Shown piece by piece: positions 16,970 to 28,198 of a stretch of DNA of 36,605 nt. The notes under the pieces are model-generated. The model ran no database searches and was not told where the DNA came from. It saw nothing but the letters and a program-made list of their open reading frames with translations. The DNA is taken from the NCBI GenBank assembly GCA_028282585.1, contig JANQHR010000087.1, positions 1 through 36,605 on the forward strand, written 5' to 3'. The first letter of the stretch is position 1. Each line of letters opens with the position of its first letter. A program made the position numbers and the translations under genes. This DNA is from Bacteroidales bacterium (GTDB lineage: Bacteria; Bacteroidota; Bacteroidia; Bacteroidales; UBA12077).

Positions 16970-19588
16970 CTATTTTAGTCCAATGTGCTTTTTAATCTCA
17001 TTCAACTTATTCAATGCTTCCACCGGTGTTAAATTGTTAATGTCGAGATTGTTTATTTCATCTCGAATTTGTTTTAACACAGGGTCATCTAACTGAAAAA
17101 TAGTTGTTTGTAGGCCTTCCCGGTGTTGAGCAATTTCACCAACCGGTTTTGCCAAACTATCTTTTTGTTCAGATTTCTCAAGGTCCTTTAAAATTTCATT
17201 TGCCCTACTTACAACACTTTTAGGCATTCCGGCCATTTGCGCTACATGTATCCCAAAACTATGCTCACTACCGCCTCTTTTTAATTTACGTAGAAAAATC
17301 ACCTTATCATCCAGTTCTTTTACGGAAACGTTATAGTTTTTTATTCTTTTAAACGATTTTTCCATTTCATTCAACTCATGATAATGAGTAGCAAAAAGTG
17401 TTTTTGCTTTTGCCGAAGGATGTTCATGAATATATTCCGCCATTGCCCAGGCTATTGAAATTCCATCATACGTACTTGTTCCTCGTCCAATTTCATCTAA
17501 AAGAATTAAACTTCTGGGCGATAGATTATTTAATATACTTGCAGCTTCATGCATCTCAACCATAAACGTTGATTCTCCCAAAGAAATGTTATCTGATGCC
17601 CCAACACGTGTAAAAATTTTGTCAACCAATCCAATTCTCGCTGATTCTGCAGGTACAAAACTGCCTATCTGTGCTAATAAAACAATTAATGCCGTTTGAC
17701 GCAATAAAGCCGATTTACCAGACATATTTGGCCCTGTAATAACAATAAGTTGTTGTTCATTATTGTCCAGGTAAACGTCATTCGTAATATACGGTTCATC
17801 AATTGGCAACATCTTTTCGATTACGGGATGCCTTCCGTCTTTTATATCGATAACATCGGACTCATTAATCTCGGGACGTACGTATCTATTGTCTGCTGCT
17901 GTACAAGAAAATGAAAGCAAACAATCTAACTTAGCAATTAAGGAAGCATTCAATTGAATGGCGGATATATAATCTTCCAAACTAGTAACTAAATCATGAA
18001 ATAATTTCTGCTCTAACTCTAATGATTTTTCTTCTGCGCCCAATATTTTTACTTCATATTCTTTCAATTCTTCGGTTATATACCTCTCAGCGCTAACCAG
18101 GGTCTGCTTTCTGATCCATTCCGGTGGCACCTTATCCTTATGAGTATTGCGTACTTCAATATAATATCCAAAAACATTATTAAAGCTTATTTTTAATGAA
18201 GGAATACCTGTTCTTTTAATTTCTCTTTGCTGGATTTGTATTAAGTAGTCTTTTCCTGAAAAAGCTAACTTTCTATATTCATCCAAATCGGTTGATATAC
18301 CATCAGCAATATAGTTTCCTTTGCTTAATAATGCAGGCGGATCAGGAAATAATTCCTTTTCAATTCTATCCCTAATAGTTAAGCAGGGATTTAATTGGTC
18401 ACCGATCTTTTTCAATGCTTCGTTGCCCGATTTTAAACAAGCATTCTTAATAGGTTCAATAGCCGTTAAAGCATGTTTTAATTGGACAACTTCCCTTGGA
18501 TTCACCCTTCCTGTAGCCACTTTTGAAATAATTCTTTCCAGATCACCAATTTCCTTGATATGCTCTACTAATAAATCTTTGAAATCAACATTAGTTAATA
18601 GGAAATCAACCACGTCATGTCTTTCTTTTATTGGTTTTTCATCTTTTAATGGAAGAGCAACCCATCGCTTTAATAGTCTTGCTCCCATAGGAGATATAGT
18701 TCTATCTATTACATCAACCAAGGTTTTTGCTCCTTCGTTTATTGAAAAAAATAACTCCAGGTTTCTTATAGTGAATTTATCTAACCAAACATAGTGATCT
18801 TCCTCAATTCTTGATAAAGTTGACACATGTTGTAACTGTTCATGTTGCGTTATCTCAAGATATTGGAGAATTGATCCGGCAGCAATAATCCCAAATTGTA
18901 GATTATGTACACCAAATCCTTTTAAGGAAGAAGTTTGAAAACGTTTTAATAATTTATCCGTTGCATTCTCTTCTGTATACACCCAGTCATCTAGTTTATA
19001 GGTATAAAATTTTTCTCCAAACAAATCTTTAAATTGCTGCTGTTTACTCCGTTCTAATAAAATTTCCTTTGGTTGAAAGCTATTTAAAAGTTTATCTATA
19101 TAATCAAAACTTCCCTCTGCAGTTAAAAATTCACCGGTTGAAATATCTAAAAAAGCCACTCCGGCAACTGATTTTTCTAAATGAACAGATGCCAGGAAAT
19201 TATTTTCTCTGTGTTCAAGTACATTATCATTTAAAGAAACCCCAGGGGTAACCATCTCTGTAACCCCTCTTTTTACAATCTTTTTGGTCTTTTTAGGATC
19301 TTCCAGTTGTTCACAAATAGCTACCCGTTGCCCGGCTCTAACTAATTTTGGCAAATAAGTATCCAATGCGTGATGTGGAACTCCCGCCAATTCAACAAAT
19401 GAAGCTGCTCCGTTTGCTCTTTTAGTTAACGTAATACCTAAAATTTCAGCAGCCTTTATCGCATCTTCTCCAAAAGTTTCATAAAAATCACCGACTCTAA
19501 ATAACAATATTGCATCAGGATGTTTACTTTTTATCTGATAATATTGTTTCATTAATGGAGTCTCTGCATATTTCTTTTTTTCTGCCAA
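16970..19588 (-). CDS. mutS: DNA mismatch repair protein MutS
   Basis: [47 protein letters not shown]; TACTTTTG promoter motif at 19621-19628. Confidence 0.99.
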   Translation of the reverse strand: MAEKKKYAETPLMKQYYQIKSKHPDAILLFRVGDFYETFGEDAIKAAEILGITLTKRANGAASFVELAGVPHHALDTYLPKLVRAGQRVAICEQLEDPKKTKKIVKRGVTEMVTPGVSLNDNVLEHRENNFLASVHLEKSVAGVAFLDISTGEFLTAEGSFDYIDKLLNSFQPKEILLERSKQQQFKDLFGEKFYTYKLDDWVYTEENATDKLLKRFQTSSLKGFGVHNLQFGIIAAGSILQYLEITQHEQLQHVSTLSRIEEDHYVWLDKFTIRNLELFFSINEGAKTLVDVIDRTISPMGARLLKRWVALPLKDEKPIKERHDVVDFLLTNVDFKDLLVEHIKEIGDLERIISKVATGRVNPREVVQLKHALTAIEPIKNACLKSGNEALKKIGDQLNPCLTIRDRIEKELFPDPPALLSKGNYIADGISTDLDEYRKLAFSGKDYLIQIQQREIKRTGIPSLKISFNNVFGYYIEVRNTHKDKVPPEWIRKQTLVSAERYITEELKEYEVKILGAEEKSLELEQKLFHDLVTSLEDYISAIQLNASLIAKLDCLLSFSCTAADNRYVRPEINESDVIDIKDGRHPVIEKMLPIDEPYITNDVYLDNNEQQLIVITGPNMSGKSALLRQTALIVLLAQIGSFVPAESARIGLVDKIFTRVGASDNISLGESTFMVEMHEAASILNNLSPRSLILLDEIGRGTSTYDGISIAWAMAEYIHEHPSAKAKTLFATHYHELNEMEKSFKRIKNYNVSVKELDDKVIFLRKLKRGGSEHSFGIHVAQMAGMPKSVVSRANEILKDLEKSEQKDSLAKPVGEIAQHREGLQTTIFQLDDPVLKQIRDEINNLDINNLTPVEALNKLNEIKKHIGLK

Positions 19589-19806
19589 AATATTCGATTT
19601 TTAAATTTTAAGGATTCAAACAAAAGTAAAATTAATCGTTTACTTTACAATAAATCACAAAATAGATTTATCAACAGAATATCATATTCGAATTAATAAT
19701 TATTTAATAATTTACTCATGCAAAGTTTTAATAACAGCGGTAATTTTGGGAACACTTTAGTTTGTATAATAATCGATGATGTTTAATCGTTACAAAAACT
19801 GAATAT

Positions 19807-19888
19807 AAAAAAATAGTCCTCGTGGTTAGCAAGGACTTAAAAATTTCAACATTTTTAGGTAAAATTTTTAGGGGTTAATTTTTCGTTG
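19807..19888 (-). ncRNA. Candidate ~80-nt small RNA
   Basis: TATTTTAG -7-like element (19892-19899), body with two CCTAAAAAT copies, terminator AGTCCTTG-CTAACCA-CGAGGACT-ATTTTTTT. Confidence 0.45.
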
Positions 19889-20161
19889 CTGCTAAAATAG
19901 CAACTTTTTCTTGAAAACAAAAAATAGTTATTTAAATTTCTTTCAATTGAATGTTGAATCGGAAGGCTGTTAAAAGAATAAAACTTTTAACAGTTTTTTG
20001 TTATGCACCAAACCGTTATGTTCTCATTATCAGAAAATTAAAAATAACCCAATTCAAAACAGTTATTATACGTTTATAAAAACTGTCAAAAACCATTTTT
20101 CTTCTTCAAATATAATTTTACTTTAGCCCGTCAAATAAAATTTTTTAACAAATAAATACCT

Positions 20162-21499
20162 ATGAAAAAAATATTAATACTTGGAGCTGGTTTATCATCC
20201 TCAAGTTTGATAAAATATCTCCTTGATCATTCAAATCAATACGATTGGAAAGTAAGAGTTGGAGATATGTCTTTAGATGTTGCAAAAGGAAAAGTTGATG
20301 GTCATAAAAATGGTGAGGCAATTAAATTTGATGTATTTGATGAACAACAAAGACTTGAAGAAATAAAAAACACAGATGTAGTTATTTCTATGCTTCCGGC
20401 AAGGTTTCATTTTTTAGTTGCTGAAAAATGTATTGAATTTGAAAAACACATGATTACTGCTTCTTATGTTTCTCCTGAAGTAAAAGCTCTTGATGAAGAA
20501 GCAAAAGCTAAAGGGTTGTTGCTTTTAAATGAAATTGGTGTTGATCCGGGTATTGATCATATGTCTGCAATGAAAGTAATAGATGAAATTAAAGCAAAAG
20601 GTGGTGAATTAATTTCATTTAAATCAAGTACAGGAGGTTTAATTGCTCCTGAATGCGATAATAACCCATGGCACTACAAATTTACCTGGAATCCAAGAAA
20701 TGTAGTTGTTGCTGGTCAATCTGTTGCGCAATATATCGACCATGGTAAGTATAAATATGTTCCTTACCATCAGCTTTTCAAAAGAATTGAGAAAATGTCT
20801 GTATTAGATGCAGGAGAATTTGAAATGTACCCAAATCGCGATTCACTAAGTTATAGAAAAACATATGGTTTGGAAAATATTCCAACATTGTTAAGAGGAA
20901 CATTACGTCGCCCGGGATATAGCGAAGCCTGGAATGTTTTTGTTCAGTTAGGTGCAACTGATGACACGTACCAGATTGAAAACTCAGAAAAGTTAACGTA
21001 CAGAGAATTTATCAATATGTTCTTACCTTACGATGAGCAAGATACAGTTGAGCAAAAGCTTTGCAATTATCGTTCGATAAATATGGATTCAGAAACTATG
21101 AGCAGACTTAAATGGCTGGGAATTTTTGAAGAAACCAAAATTGGAATACCACATGCAACTCCGGCACAAATCCTTCAAAAATTATTGGAAGAAAAATGGG
21201 CATTAGGTTCTGAGGATAAAGATATGATCGCAATGCAACATCAATTCGATTATAAATTAAACGAAAAAACAAAACGAATTACCTCTTCTTTAGTAGTTAT
21301 AGGAAAAGATCAGGTTCATACCGCCATGTCAATTACAGTGGGTATTCCGGTAGCAATAGCAACTAAACTTTTCTTAACAGGTGTTATTAACCAAAAAGGA
21401 GTAATTGTTCCTACTATGAAAGATGTGTACGAACCCGTTCTTAAAGAATTAGAAGAATATGGTATTGTATTCGTTGAAGAGGAAACGGAATTAGATTAA
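20162..21499 (+). CDS. Saccharopine dehydrogenase family protein
   Basis: ILILGAG Rossmann motif, EIGVDPGIDHMSAM, YKFTWNPRNV, YPNRDS, RGTLR. Confidence 0.95.
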   Translation: MKKILILGAGLSSSSLIKYLLDHSNQYDWKVRVGDMSLDVAKGKVDGHKNGEAIKFDVFDEQQRLEEIKNTDVVISMLPARFHFLVAEKCIEFEKHMITASYVSPEVKALDEEAKAKGLLLLNEIGVDPGIDHMSAMKVIDEIKAKGGELISFKSSTGGLIAPECDNNPWHYKFTWNPRNVVVAGQSVAQYIDHGKYKYVPYHQLFKRIEKMSVLDAGEFEMYPNRDSLSYRKTYGLENIPTLLRGTLRRPGYSEAWNVFVQLGATDDTYQIENSEKLTYREFINMFLPYDEQDTVEQKLCNYRSINMDSETMSRLKWLGIFEETKIGIPHATPAQILQKLLEEKWALGSEDKDMIAMQHQFDYKLNEKTKRITSSLVVIGKDQVHTAMSITVGIPVAIATKLFLTGVINQKGVIVPTMKDVYEPVLKELEEYGIVFVEEETELD

Positions 21500-22209
21500 A
21501 AAGAAAGGTAAAAATCTTTAGTTAGATTTTTATAAGCTTCAGAGTATTCATGCCGTTTGTTTAGTTCAATAATCATTTCTTGTTCAACAAGCGGCTTTTT
21601 TATTTGCATAAACTCTAGTAATAATCGTTTAGGTTCCTTATTTGGCTTTGGAAGAACTTTGGTTTGCCGAACGCAAAATAAATCCATCTCTGATGCCTTT
21701 AAAATAAACATATTTCCTTCAAGATACGGAAGAATAACACTTAAAACTCCATCTTGATTCAGTAGTTTCTTTGAACCAACAAGTAATTCCTCCAGTTGTA
21801 AATTTGAATTATGGCGCGCATCTGTTCTTTTTTGGTCTGGTGCAAAAAGTGAATTCTGAAAATAAGGAGGATTAGTCACTATCAGATCATATTTTTTATT
21901 TGATGCTTCTGAAAATTCCTGAAATGATTGATTTAAAATATCTATTCTTTCGGTCCATGTTGACTTATCTACATTTTCTTTTGCCTGTTTGGAAGCTTCC
22001 TTGTCAATTTCAATCGCATCAATTTTTGCGCTTGAACGCTGCGCAACCATTAAAGCAATTAGTCCCGTTCCGGTTCCAATATCCAAAACATTTTTAGATT
22101 CTTTGCAATTTACCCAAGCACCAAGTAAAACGCCATCAGTTCCTACTTTCATAGCACATCTGTCTTGATAAATGGTAAATTGCTTGAACTTAAAGTAATC
22201 GTTTGGCAT
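21496..22209 (-). CDS. yfiC: tRNA1(Val) (adenine(37)-N6)-methyltransferase
   Basis: FKFKQF, MKVGTDGVLLGAW, LDIGTGTG, NPPYF, ARH. Confidence 0.92.
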   Translation of the reverse strand: MPNDYFKFKQFTIYQDRCAMKVGTDGVLLGAWVNCKESKNVLDIGTGTGLIALMVAQRSSAKIDAIEIDKEASKQAKENVDKSTWTERIDILNQSFQEFSEASNKKYDLIVTNPPYFQNSLFAPDQKRTDARHNSNLQLEELLVGSKKLLNQDGVLSVILPYLEGNMFILKASEMDLFCVRQTKVLPKPNKEPKRLLLEFMQIKKPLVEQEMIIELNKRHEYSEAYKNLTKDFYLSF

Positions 22210-22212
22210 AAT

Positions 22213-22983
22213 CTAAAATTTCTCAAAAACTCCTAATCCGAATAATGCAAAATCGTATTTTACAGGATCGACAGGATCAAAACTTCTTAATTTACAGGTC
22301 ACTTCCTCAACGGCCTTCCAATCATTTTGCTTTCGTTTTAACAAACCCAACTTACGGGCAATATTTCCCGTATGAACGTCTAAAGGTAAATATAATTCAG
22401 CCATAGGTATTTTTCTCCACAACCCAAAATCAACTCCGCGATTATCATTTCTTACCATCCAACGAAAATACATATTTAATCTTTTTGCCGATGCTCCTTT
22501 CAATACATTAGAAAAATGTTTTTGAGTCCGTTCGGGATATTCAATTTCAAAAAAAACTTCTCTAAATCCTGATAATATACTAAAAACACTCTTCTTTTCT
22601 ATAAATATAGCCTGAACTAAATCTCCTATACTTCCATGATTTGAGTAAATATTTTTTAGTGATTTTATAAAAAATTTACAATCCACTCCATTAAATGTGC
22701 GATGTTTAAAATACGAAAGTCGATCCAGATCATTCTCTGAATGGTTCATTATAAAATCATATGGGGCATGATCCATTAAAACCATCAGTTTTTGAAGGTT
22801 TTTTATAATTGTAACACGTTGTCCCCAAGCAATTGTAGAAGCTAAGAAAGCAGATATTTCAATGTTGTATTTATCCGAAAATAAATGTGGTATCTGAATT
22901 GGATCGGATTCTATAAAATCCGGATGATTATATCTGTCAACTTTTTCGTCAAGAAACTCTTTAATACTCTCTATACTCGTCAT
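22213..22983 (-). CDS. TIGR02757 family protein
   Basis: DPIQIPH, AWGQR, KRLNMYFRWMVR, PLDVH, DPVKYDFALFG. Confidence 0.92.
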   Translation of the reverse strand: MTSIESIKEFLDEKVDRYNHPDFIESDPIQIPHLFSDKYNIEISAFLASTIAWGQRVTIIKNLQKLMVLMDHAPYDFIMNHSENDLDRLSYFKHRTFNGVDCKFFIKSLKNIYSNHGSIGDLVQAIFIEKKSVFSILSGFREVFFEIEYPERTQKHFSNVLKGASAKRLNMYFRWMVRNDNRGVDFGLWRKIPMAELYLPLDVHTGNIARKLGLLKRKQNDWKAVEEVTCKLRSFDPVDPVKYDFALFGLGVFEKF

Positions 22984-22986
22984 TTC

Positions 22987-23640
22987 TTATGTAAGAAATA
23001 AACCATCTTTCATGGTTAATTTTTTATCAGCCATATTTGCCAGATCAGTATCGTGGGTAACAATAACAATTGAAGGATTAAATTTCTCACGTAATGAGAA
23101 AAATAGATCATGAAGTTCTTTTTTATTTTCCGAGTCAAGGTTTCCTGATGGTTCATCAGCAAAAATAACAGAAGGTTCATTAATTAATGCTCGTGCCACA
23201 GCTACTCTTTGTTGCTCTCCGCCAGAAAGTTCCTTGGGTTTATGATCAATTCTATGATCCAGTCTCAAAAAGGTTAATATCTCTTTTGCTTTTTGCTCCG
23301 CTTTACTTTTAGCCATCTTGCCTATGAATGCCGGGATACAAACATTCTCCAAGGCTGTAAATTCGGGTAAAAGATGATGGAACTGAAACACAAAACCTAT
23401 GTTATTATTCCTAAACGAAGCTAACTGTTTATCTTTAAACTGGCTAACATTTTGGTTTTCAAAAAGTATTTCTCCGGAATCAGGACGACTTAATGTTCCT
23501 AAAATCTGTAGGAAAGTTGTTTTACCTGCTCCACTGCGTCCTACAATAGATAATATTTCTCCTTTTTTAATTTCCAGGTCTATTCCTTTTAGAACCTGTA
23601 AATCACCATAAGATTTCGTTATATTTTTAGCTGTTATCAT
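22987..23640 (-). CDS. ABC transporter ATP-binding protein (LolD-like)
   Basis: [46 protein letters not shown]. Confidence 0.93.
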   Translation of the reverse strand: MITAKNITKSYGDLQVLKGIDLEIKKGEILSIVGRSGAGKTTFLQILGTLSRPDSGEILFENQNVSQFKDKQLASFRNNNIGFVFQFHHLLPEFTALENVCIPAFIGKMAKSKAEQKAKEILTFLRLDHRIDHKPKELSGGEQQRVAVARALINEPSVIFADEPSGNLDSENKKELHDLFFSLREKFNPSIVIVTHDTDLANMADKKLTMKDGLFLT

Positions 23641-23652
23641 CTTTTATTTCTT

Positions 23653-24597
23653 TTAAATAAGTCCAGTTAAAAAAGCCAAATAAATGTAAAGTACGTAAAT
23701 ACTTACAAAAATCAATCCTTTCCAACGTGTTACCACACCTTTTCGCAATGGTAAAATAAATAGAAACAACAATAATGATGTTCCGAGCATCCAAAATATA
23801 TCGAATTTTAATACCATCGGGTTAATATCGATTGTTTTTACAATACTTGTTATTCCCAAGATGGCTAAAATATTGAAAATATTTGATCCGATAATATTTC
23901 CGATAAAAATATCCAACTCCTTTCTAATTGCCGCTGCTATTGACGTTGCCAATTCAGGTAAACTTGTACCCAGAGCAATTACAGAAACTGAAATTATCCT
24001 TTCATCAACACCTAACTGCAATGCGATATTTGATGCTCCTTTTACTAAAAACTTAGCACCATATATTAATCCTACTGCAGAAATAATTACCAGCACAATT
24101 GAAACAAACATACTATGTTTTGGAGGAATGGACTCTTCTAAAGCTTTTAATTTTTCTTTTCTTGATTTATGAATTGATCTGTATATAAAAGCTATTAATA
24201 CTAAAACAAATATTAATCCTTCTATAAACTGCAGCTTGAGATTTAAACAAAATGCATAAAACAATAAACTTATGAACATCATCGCAACCCAATCAAAATG
24301 GATAGCTTTCTTCTTTACTTTAACCGGAAGAACAATTGCCGTTAGACCTAAAACCAAGGCAATATTAGCAATATTAGAGCCGATCACATTTCCGATCGCA
24401 ATATCGGGGTGTCCTTTAATAGCTGCACCCAGGCTTACAAATAGTTCAGGTGCAGAAGTTCCTAACGAAACTAAAACTACACCAATTACCAGCTTTGATA
24501 CCTTAAAATGCCCGGCTAATGAAACACTTCCTCTAATAAGAAAATCACCAGCTAACATCAATAATACAAAACCAAGAAGAAGATATATAAAATCCAT
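23653..24597 (-). CDS. Calcium/sodium antiporter (YrbG-like, CaCA family)
   Basis: Two alpha-repeats: GTSAPE...GSNIAN and GTSLPE...GSNIFN. Confidence 0.95.
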   Translation of the reverse strand: MDFIYLLLGFVLLMLAGDFLIRGSVSLAGHFKVSKLVIGVVLVSLGTSAPELFVSLGAAIKGHPDIAIGNVIGSNIANIALVLGLTAIVLPVKVKKKAIHFDWVAMMFISLLFYAFCLNLKLQFIEGLIFVLVLIAFIYRSIHKSRKEKLKALEESIPPKHSMFVSIVLVIISAVGLIYGAKFLVKGASNIALQLGVDERIISVSVIALGTSLPELATSIAAAIRKELDIFIGNIIGSNIFNILAILGITSIVKTIDINPMVLKFDIFWMLGTSLLLFLFILPLRKGVVTRWKGLIFVSIYVLYIYLAFLTGLI

Positions 24598-24613
24598 AAA
24601 TTGAAGTCAAATA

Positions 24614-24859
24614 TTATCCTTTTAGATCGTCTTTACTTTTACCAATCTCATCTTTCATTTCATCAATATCTCTTTTCAGATCACCTGTATGATCATTCAT
24701 TTCTCTCTTAATATCATCAGCTGCTTTTCTAAACTCACGCATACCTTTCCCTAGTCCTTTGGCTATCTCAGGAATTTTATTTGCCCCAAATAGAATTAAT
24801 ATTGCTAAAAGAATTACAAAAATTTCTTGTCCGCTTATAAAAAGAAAATGACTTGTCAT
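24614..24859 (-). CDS. tatA: Twin-arginine translocase TatA/E subunit
   Basis: TM helix, LFGANKIPEIAKGLGKGMREFRKA; TATATTTG promoter motif at 24874-24881. Confidence 0.92.
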   Translation of the reverse strand: MTSHFLFISGQEIFVILLAILILFGANKIPEIAKGLGKGMREFRKAADDIKREMNDHTGDLKRDIDEMKDEIGKSKDDLKG

Positions 24860-24895
24860 ATGATCAATTTGTACAAATATACATATTTGAAAAAT

Positions 24896-24924
24896 AAAAA
24901 AGCCCCTTGGTCGAAGGGGCTTTT
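24896..24924 (-). terminator. Rho-independent terminator after secDF
   Basis: AAAAGCCCCTT-GGTCG-AAGGGGCTTTT with U-tract on -. Confidence 0.88.
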
Positions 24925-24942
24925 AACATATTATTATGATTT

Positions 24943-27900
24943 TTACTTTTTCTTAGTGTTTGTTTTCTTTTCTCCTTTCTTATGAACTGTATCATAAACT
25001 ACCGGAGTTGCAATAAATAATGACGAGTATGTACCTACAACTACACCAACTAATAATGCAAAAACAAATCCTCTGATCACTTCTCCACCAAAAATAAAGA
25101 TAGTTAATAACACTACAAATGTACTTAGTGATGTACTAAATGTACGACTTAAAGTACTATTTAAAGCATCATTAATAATATTTCCTCGTTCGCGTTTTGG
25201 ATAGAGCGTTGTAAACTCTCTAATTCGGTCGAATACAACCACGGTATCATTAATTGAGTAACCCACAACTGTTAGTATTGCTGCAATAAATGCCTGGTCA
25301 ATTTCCAATGAGAATGGGAACACTCCCCATGCTAATGAGAAAATACCTAATATAATAGTTACATCGTGTAATAATGCTGCTACCGCACCTAAACCATACT
25401 GCCAGTTTCTAAATCTTATGAAGATATAAATGAACATTAACACAATCGCAAGCGTAATTACAACCAAGGATTTGTAAAGAATATCATCTGCAATTGTAGC
25501 TCCTACTTTATGTGAACTTTTTAATCCATAAACATTCTCTACATCGTGAGGCCCAGCTACTTTTAACTGCCTATCATCATCAATTACAAAACCTTTTAAG
25601 AATAAATCCATAGTTAACCCATCCAATCCGTATGGTTTAAAAACTCCCTCAAATAGTTTTGTTTCAACATCCTTATCAACTTCTACGGCATCTTCATCGA
25701 TTCTATATTTCGTAGTAATTTTAACCTGATTATCATCACCAAATATTTTAACATCAGGCTCACTACCATAAACTGCTTCTAATTGCTTCTGAATTTCAAT
25801 AGTACTTACAGGTTGCTCAAAACGTACAACATATGTTCTACCTCCGGTAAAGTCAACCCCCTGGTTTAAGCCTCTTGTTACCAATGAACCTATACTAATA
25901 AGTATAACAATTCCAGAAATTACATAGAATAACTTGCGTTTTTCTAAGAACTTAACTGCCATATTTTTAAAAGCACCATCGGTTAACTTGGTTGCATATG
26001 AAATTTCTTTGTTACGTTTTAAGTACCATTCAAAAATCATACGAGTCAAGAAAATTGCAGTAAATAGTGAAGTAAGAATACCAATCAATAACGTAGTTGC
26101 AAAACCTTTAATTGGCCCTGTACCAAATGTGTAAAGGATAATTGCTGTTAATAATGTTGTTACGTTTGCATCAATGATTGCTGAATAAGCGTGCTTGTAA
26201 CCATCTTTTATTGCTAACTTAACACCTTTACCGGCTGCAAGTTCCTCTCGTATACGTTCGTAAATAAGAACATTAGCATCTACCGACATACCAATTGTTA
26301 AAACAATACCCGCGATACCCGGTAACGTTAGAACTGCTCCTAACGAAGCAAGAACTCCCATAATGAAAAACATATTTGCAACAAGTGCTAAATCGGCAAC
26401 CAAACCTGCTTTTCGGCTATAATAAAAAATCATATATAATAGCACCACTATAAAAGCAATAAAGAAAGATCTTAACCCGGAATCAATTGCTTCCTGACCT
26501 AATGAAGGTCCAACTACTTCTTCCTGAATAATTCTGGCAGGAGCAGGTAATTTACCTGATTTTAATATGTTAGCCAAGTCTTTTGCTTCGTTAACAGTAA
26601 AATCACCTGAGATTGAAGAACGTCCACCCGTAATTTCCTGGGTAACACGCGGTGCGGAATATACAAAGTCATCAAGAACAATAGCTATGAAGTTACCAAC
26701 ATTATTTTTAGTTAACCTCGCCCAGGTTTTTGCACCGTCAGCATTCATACTCATTGTCACCTCCGCACTACCAGTATTTTGATCAAACTCAGATCTTGCA
26801 TCTGTTACGACATCACCATCTAATGGAGCTTTACCATCGCGACCTGTTACTTTTATTGCATGTAACTGATAAAAACTTTCTGTTTCATCGTATTTGTAAG
26901 ATTTAACATGCCATTTAAATACCATATCTCTTGGGAACACAGATTTCACCTGTTCCATATTAAGATATGCATTAACTTCGGCCGTATCCGAATAATGCGC
27001 CATACCAATTTCAGAACCTTCCATTGGTTGACCTGTTTGTGGATTAATGCTCGGACGTAGTACAGAGAACAATGGGTATCTTTCAGCTATCTGAGCTTGT
27101 GTCAAATCAGTTGAATCTTGTGTAATTGAATCAGATTCCAATTGATCAAGTAATGCTAATTCTTCTCCTTCTTCTTCATCTGCAGGTGTTAAAACTTCCT
27201 CTGTAGTTTCCTCTGTAAATTCTTCAATAGTTTCCTCTACTTGCTCTGACTTTGCAAGCTCTCTTTTAGCTTCCTCTATTTCATATATTGCTTCATTTGC
27301 TTGAAGCAGATAACCATAAACTTGTACGTTATTATAAGTTTCCCAGAATTCTAAATTAGCTGTTCCTTGTAATAAATCGCGTACACGTTCCTGGTCTTTT
27401 ACACCTGGTAATTCAACCATAATACGACCAGCGTTGCTTTCTAATCTTTGGATGTTAGGCTGAACAACACCAAAACGGTCAATACGACTACGTAAAATAT
27501 TAAATGAATTGTCTATTGCATCTCTTGATTCGTCGCGAATAACTTTTAATACGTCTTCGTTCGTTGAATTAAAATCAATTTTATCTTTTAATTCGATGGT
27601 ATTAAAAATTGCAGCTAATTTAGCATTTGGATCAATCTCATTAAATGATTCACCAAATAAATCAACAAATTCTGCTCTACTATTCTTACTCTTTTCTCTT
27701 GCCAAGCTAAGTGCTTTTTGGAAAGTAGTATCTTTACTATTGTTTGCCATTGCCTTGATAATATCTTCAACCGATATTTCAAGAATAACATTCATACCAC
27801 CCTTAAGGTCAAGACCAAGATTAATTTCTCTTTCCTGACACTCTCTATATGTGTATTTTCTTATCCCCAGGTTATAAACTACTTCACCTGAAATTGAATC

Positions 27901-28050
27901 AAGGTATTCGAATTCTTTTGCAGGATCTCCCTGAGCAAATTGCACCGCATCTTTTTTAACTCCATTCGAAACCCAAGTAAATGATAAGTAATAAATACAA
28001 ATCAATGCCAACATAATGGCCAAAAATCTAATAGCTCCTTTAATCTGCAT
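24943..28050 (-). CDS. secDF: Fused protein translocase subunit SecDF
   Basis: LGLDLKGG, GPSLG, GMSVDANVLIYERIRE, GVDFTGG, GYSINDTVVVFDRIRE. Confidence 0.98.
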   Translation of the reverse strand: MQIKGAIRFLAIMLALICIYYLSFTWVSNGVKKDAVQFAQGDPAKEFEYLDSISGEVVYNLGIRKYTYRECQEREINLGLDLKGGMNVILEISVEDIIKAMANNSKDTTFQKALSLAREKSKNSRAEFVDLFGESFNEIDPNAKLAAIFNTIELKDKIDFNSTNEDVLKVIRDESRDAIDNSFNILRSRIDRFGVVQPNIQRLESNAGRIMVELPGVKDQERVRDLLQGTANLEFWETYNNVQVYGYLLQANEAIYEIEEAKRELAKSEQVEETIEEFTEETTEEVLTPADEEEGEELALLDQLESDSITQDSTDLTQAQIAERYPLFSVLRPSINPQTGQPMEGSEIGMAHYSDTAEVNAYLNMEQVKSVFPRDMVFKWHVKSYKYDETESFYQLHAIKVTGRDGKAPLDGDVVTDARSEFDQNTGSAEVTMSMNADGAKTWARLTKNNVGNFIAIVLDDFVYSAPRVTQEITGGRSSISGDFTVNEAKDLANILKSGKLPAPARIIQEEVVGPSLGQEAIDSGLRSFFIAFIVVLLYMIFYYSRKAGLVADLALVANMFFIMGVLASLGAVLTLPGIAGIVLTIGMSVDANVLIYERIREELAAGKGVKLAIKDGYKHAYSAIIDANVTTLLTAIILYTFGTGPIKGFATTLLIGILTSLFTAIFLTRMIFEWYLKRNKEISYATKLTDGAFKNMAVKFLEKRKLFYVISGIVILISIGSLVTRGLNQGVDFTGGRTYVVRFEQPVSTIEIQKQLEAVYGSEPDVKIFGDDNQVKITTKYRIDEDAVEVDKDVETKLFEGVFKPYGLDGLTMDLFLKGFVIDDDRQLKVAGPHDVENVYGLKSSHKVGATIADDILYKSLVVITLAIVLMFIYIFIRFRNWQYGLGAVAALLHDVTIILGIFSLAWGVFPFSLEIDQAFIAAILTVVGYSINDTVVVFDRIREFTTLYPKRERGNIINDALNSTLSRTFSTSLSTFVVLLTIFIFGGEVIRGFVFALLVGVVVGTYSSLFIATPVVYDTVHKKGEKKTNTKKK

Positions 28051-28198
28051 TTGTTAAACTATTTTATTGAAATTATTATTATTTTTTCTTATTAAGCAAA
28101 TTGTCGTGCAAAGATAAAATTATTTTTTAGAAACACACTTTTTCAATGAATTAACATTGAAATTAATAAATAAGCTCATAAAATGACTCTAAAATTAC

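Noticed and set aside
19718-19786. 22-aa ORF MQSFNNSGNFGNTLVCIIIDDV
   Set aside because: No supporting features; expected by chance.
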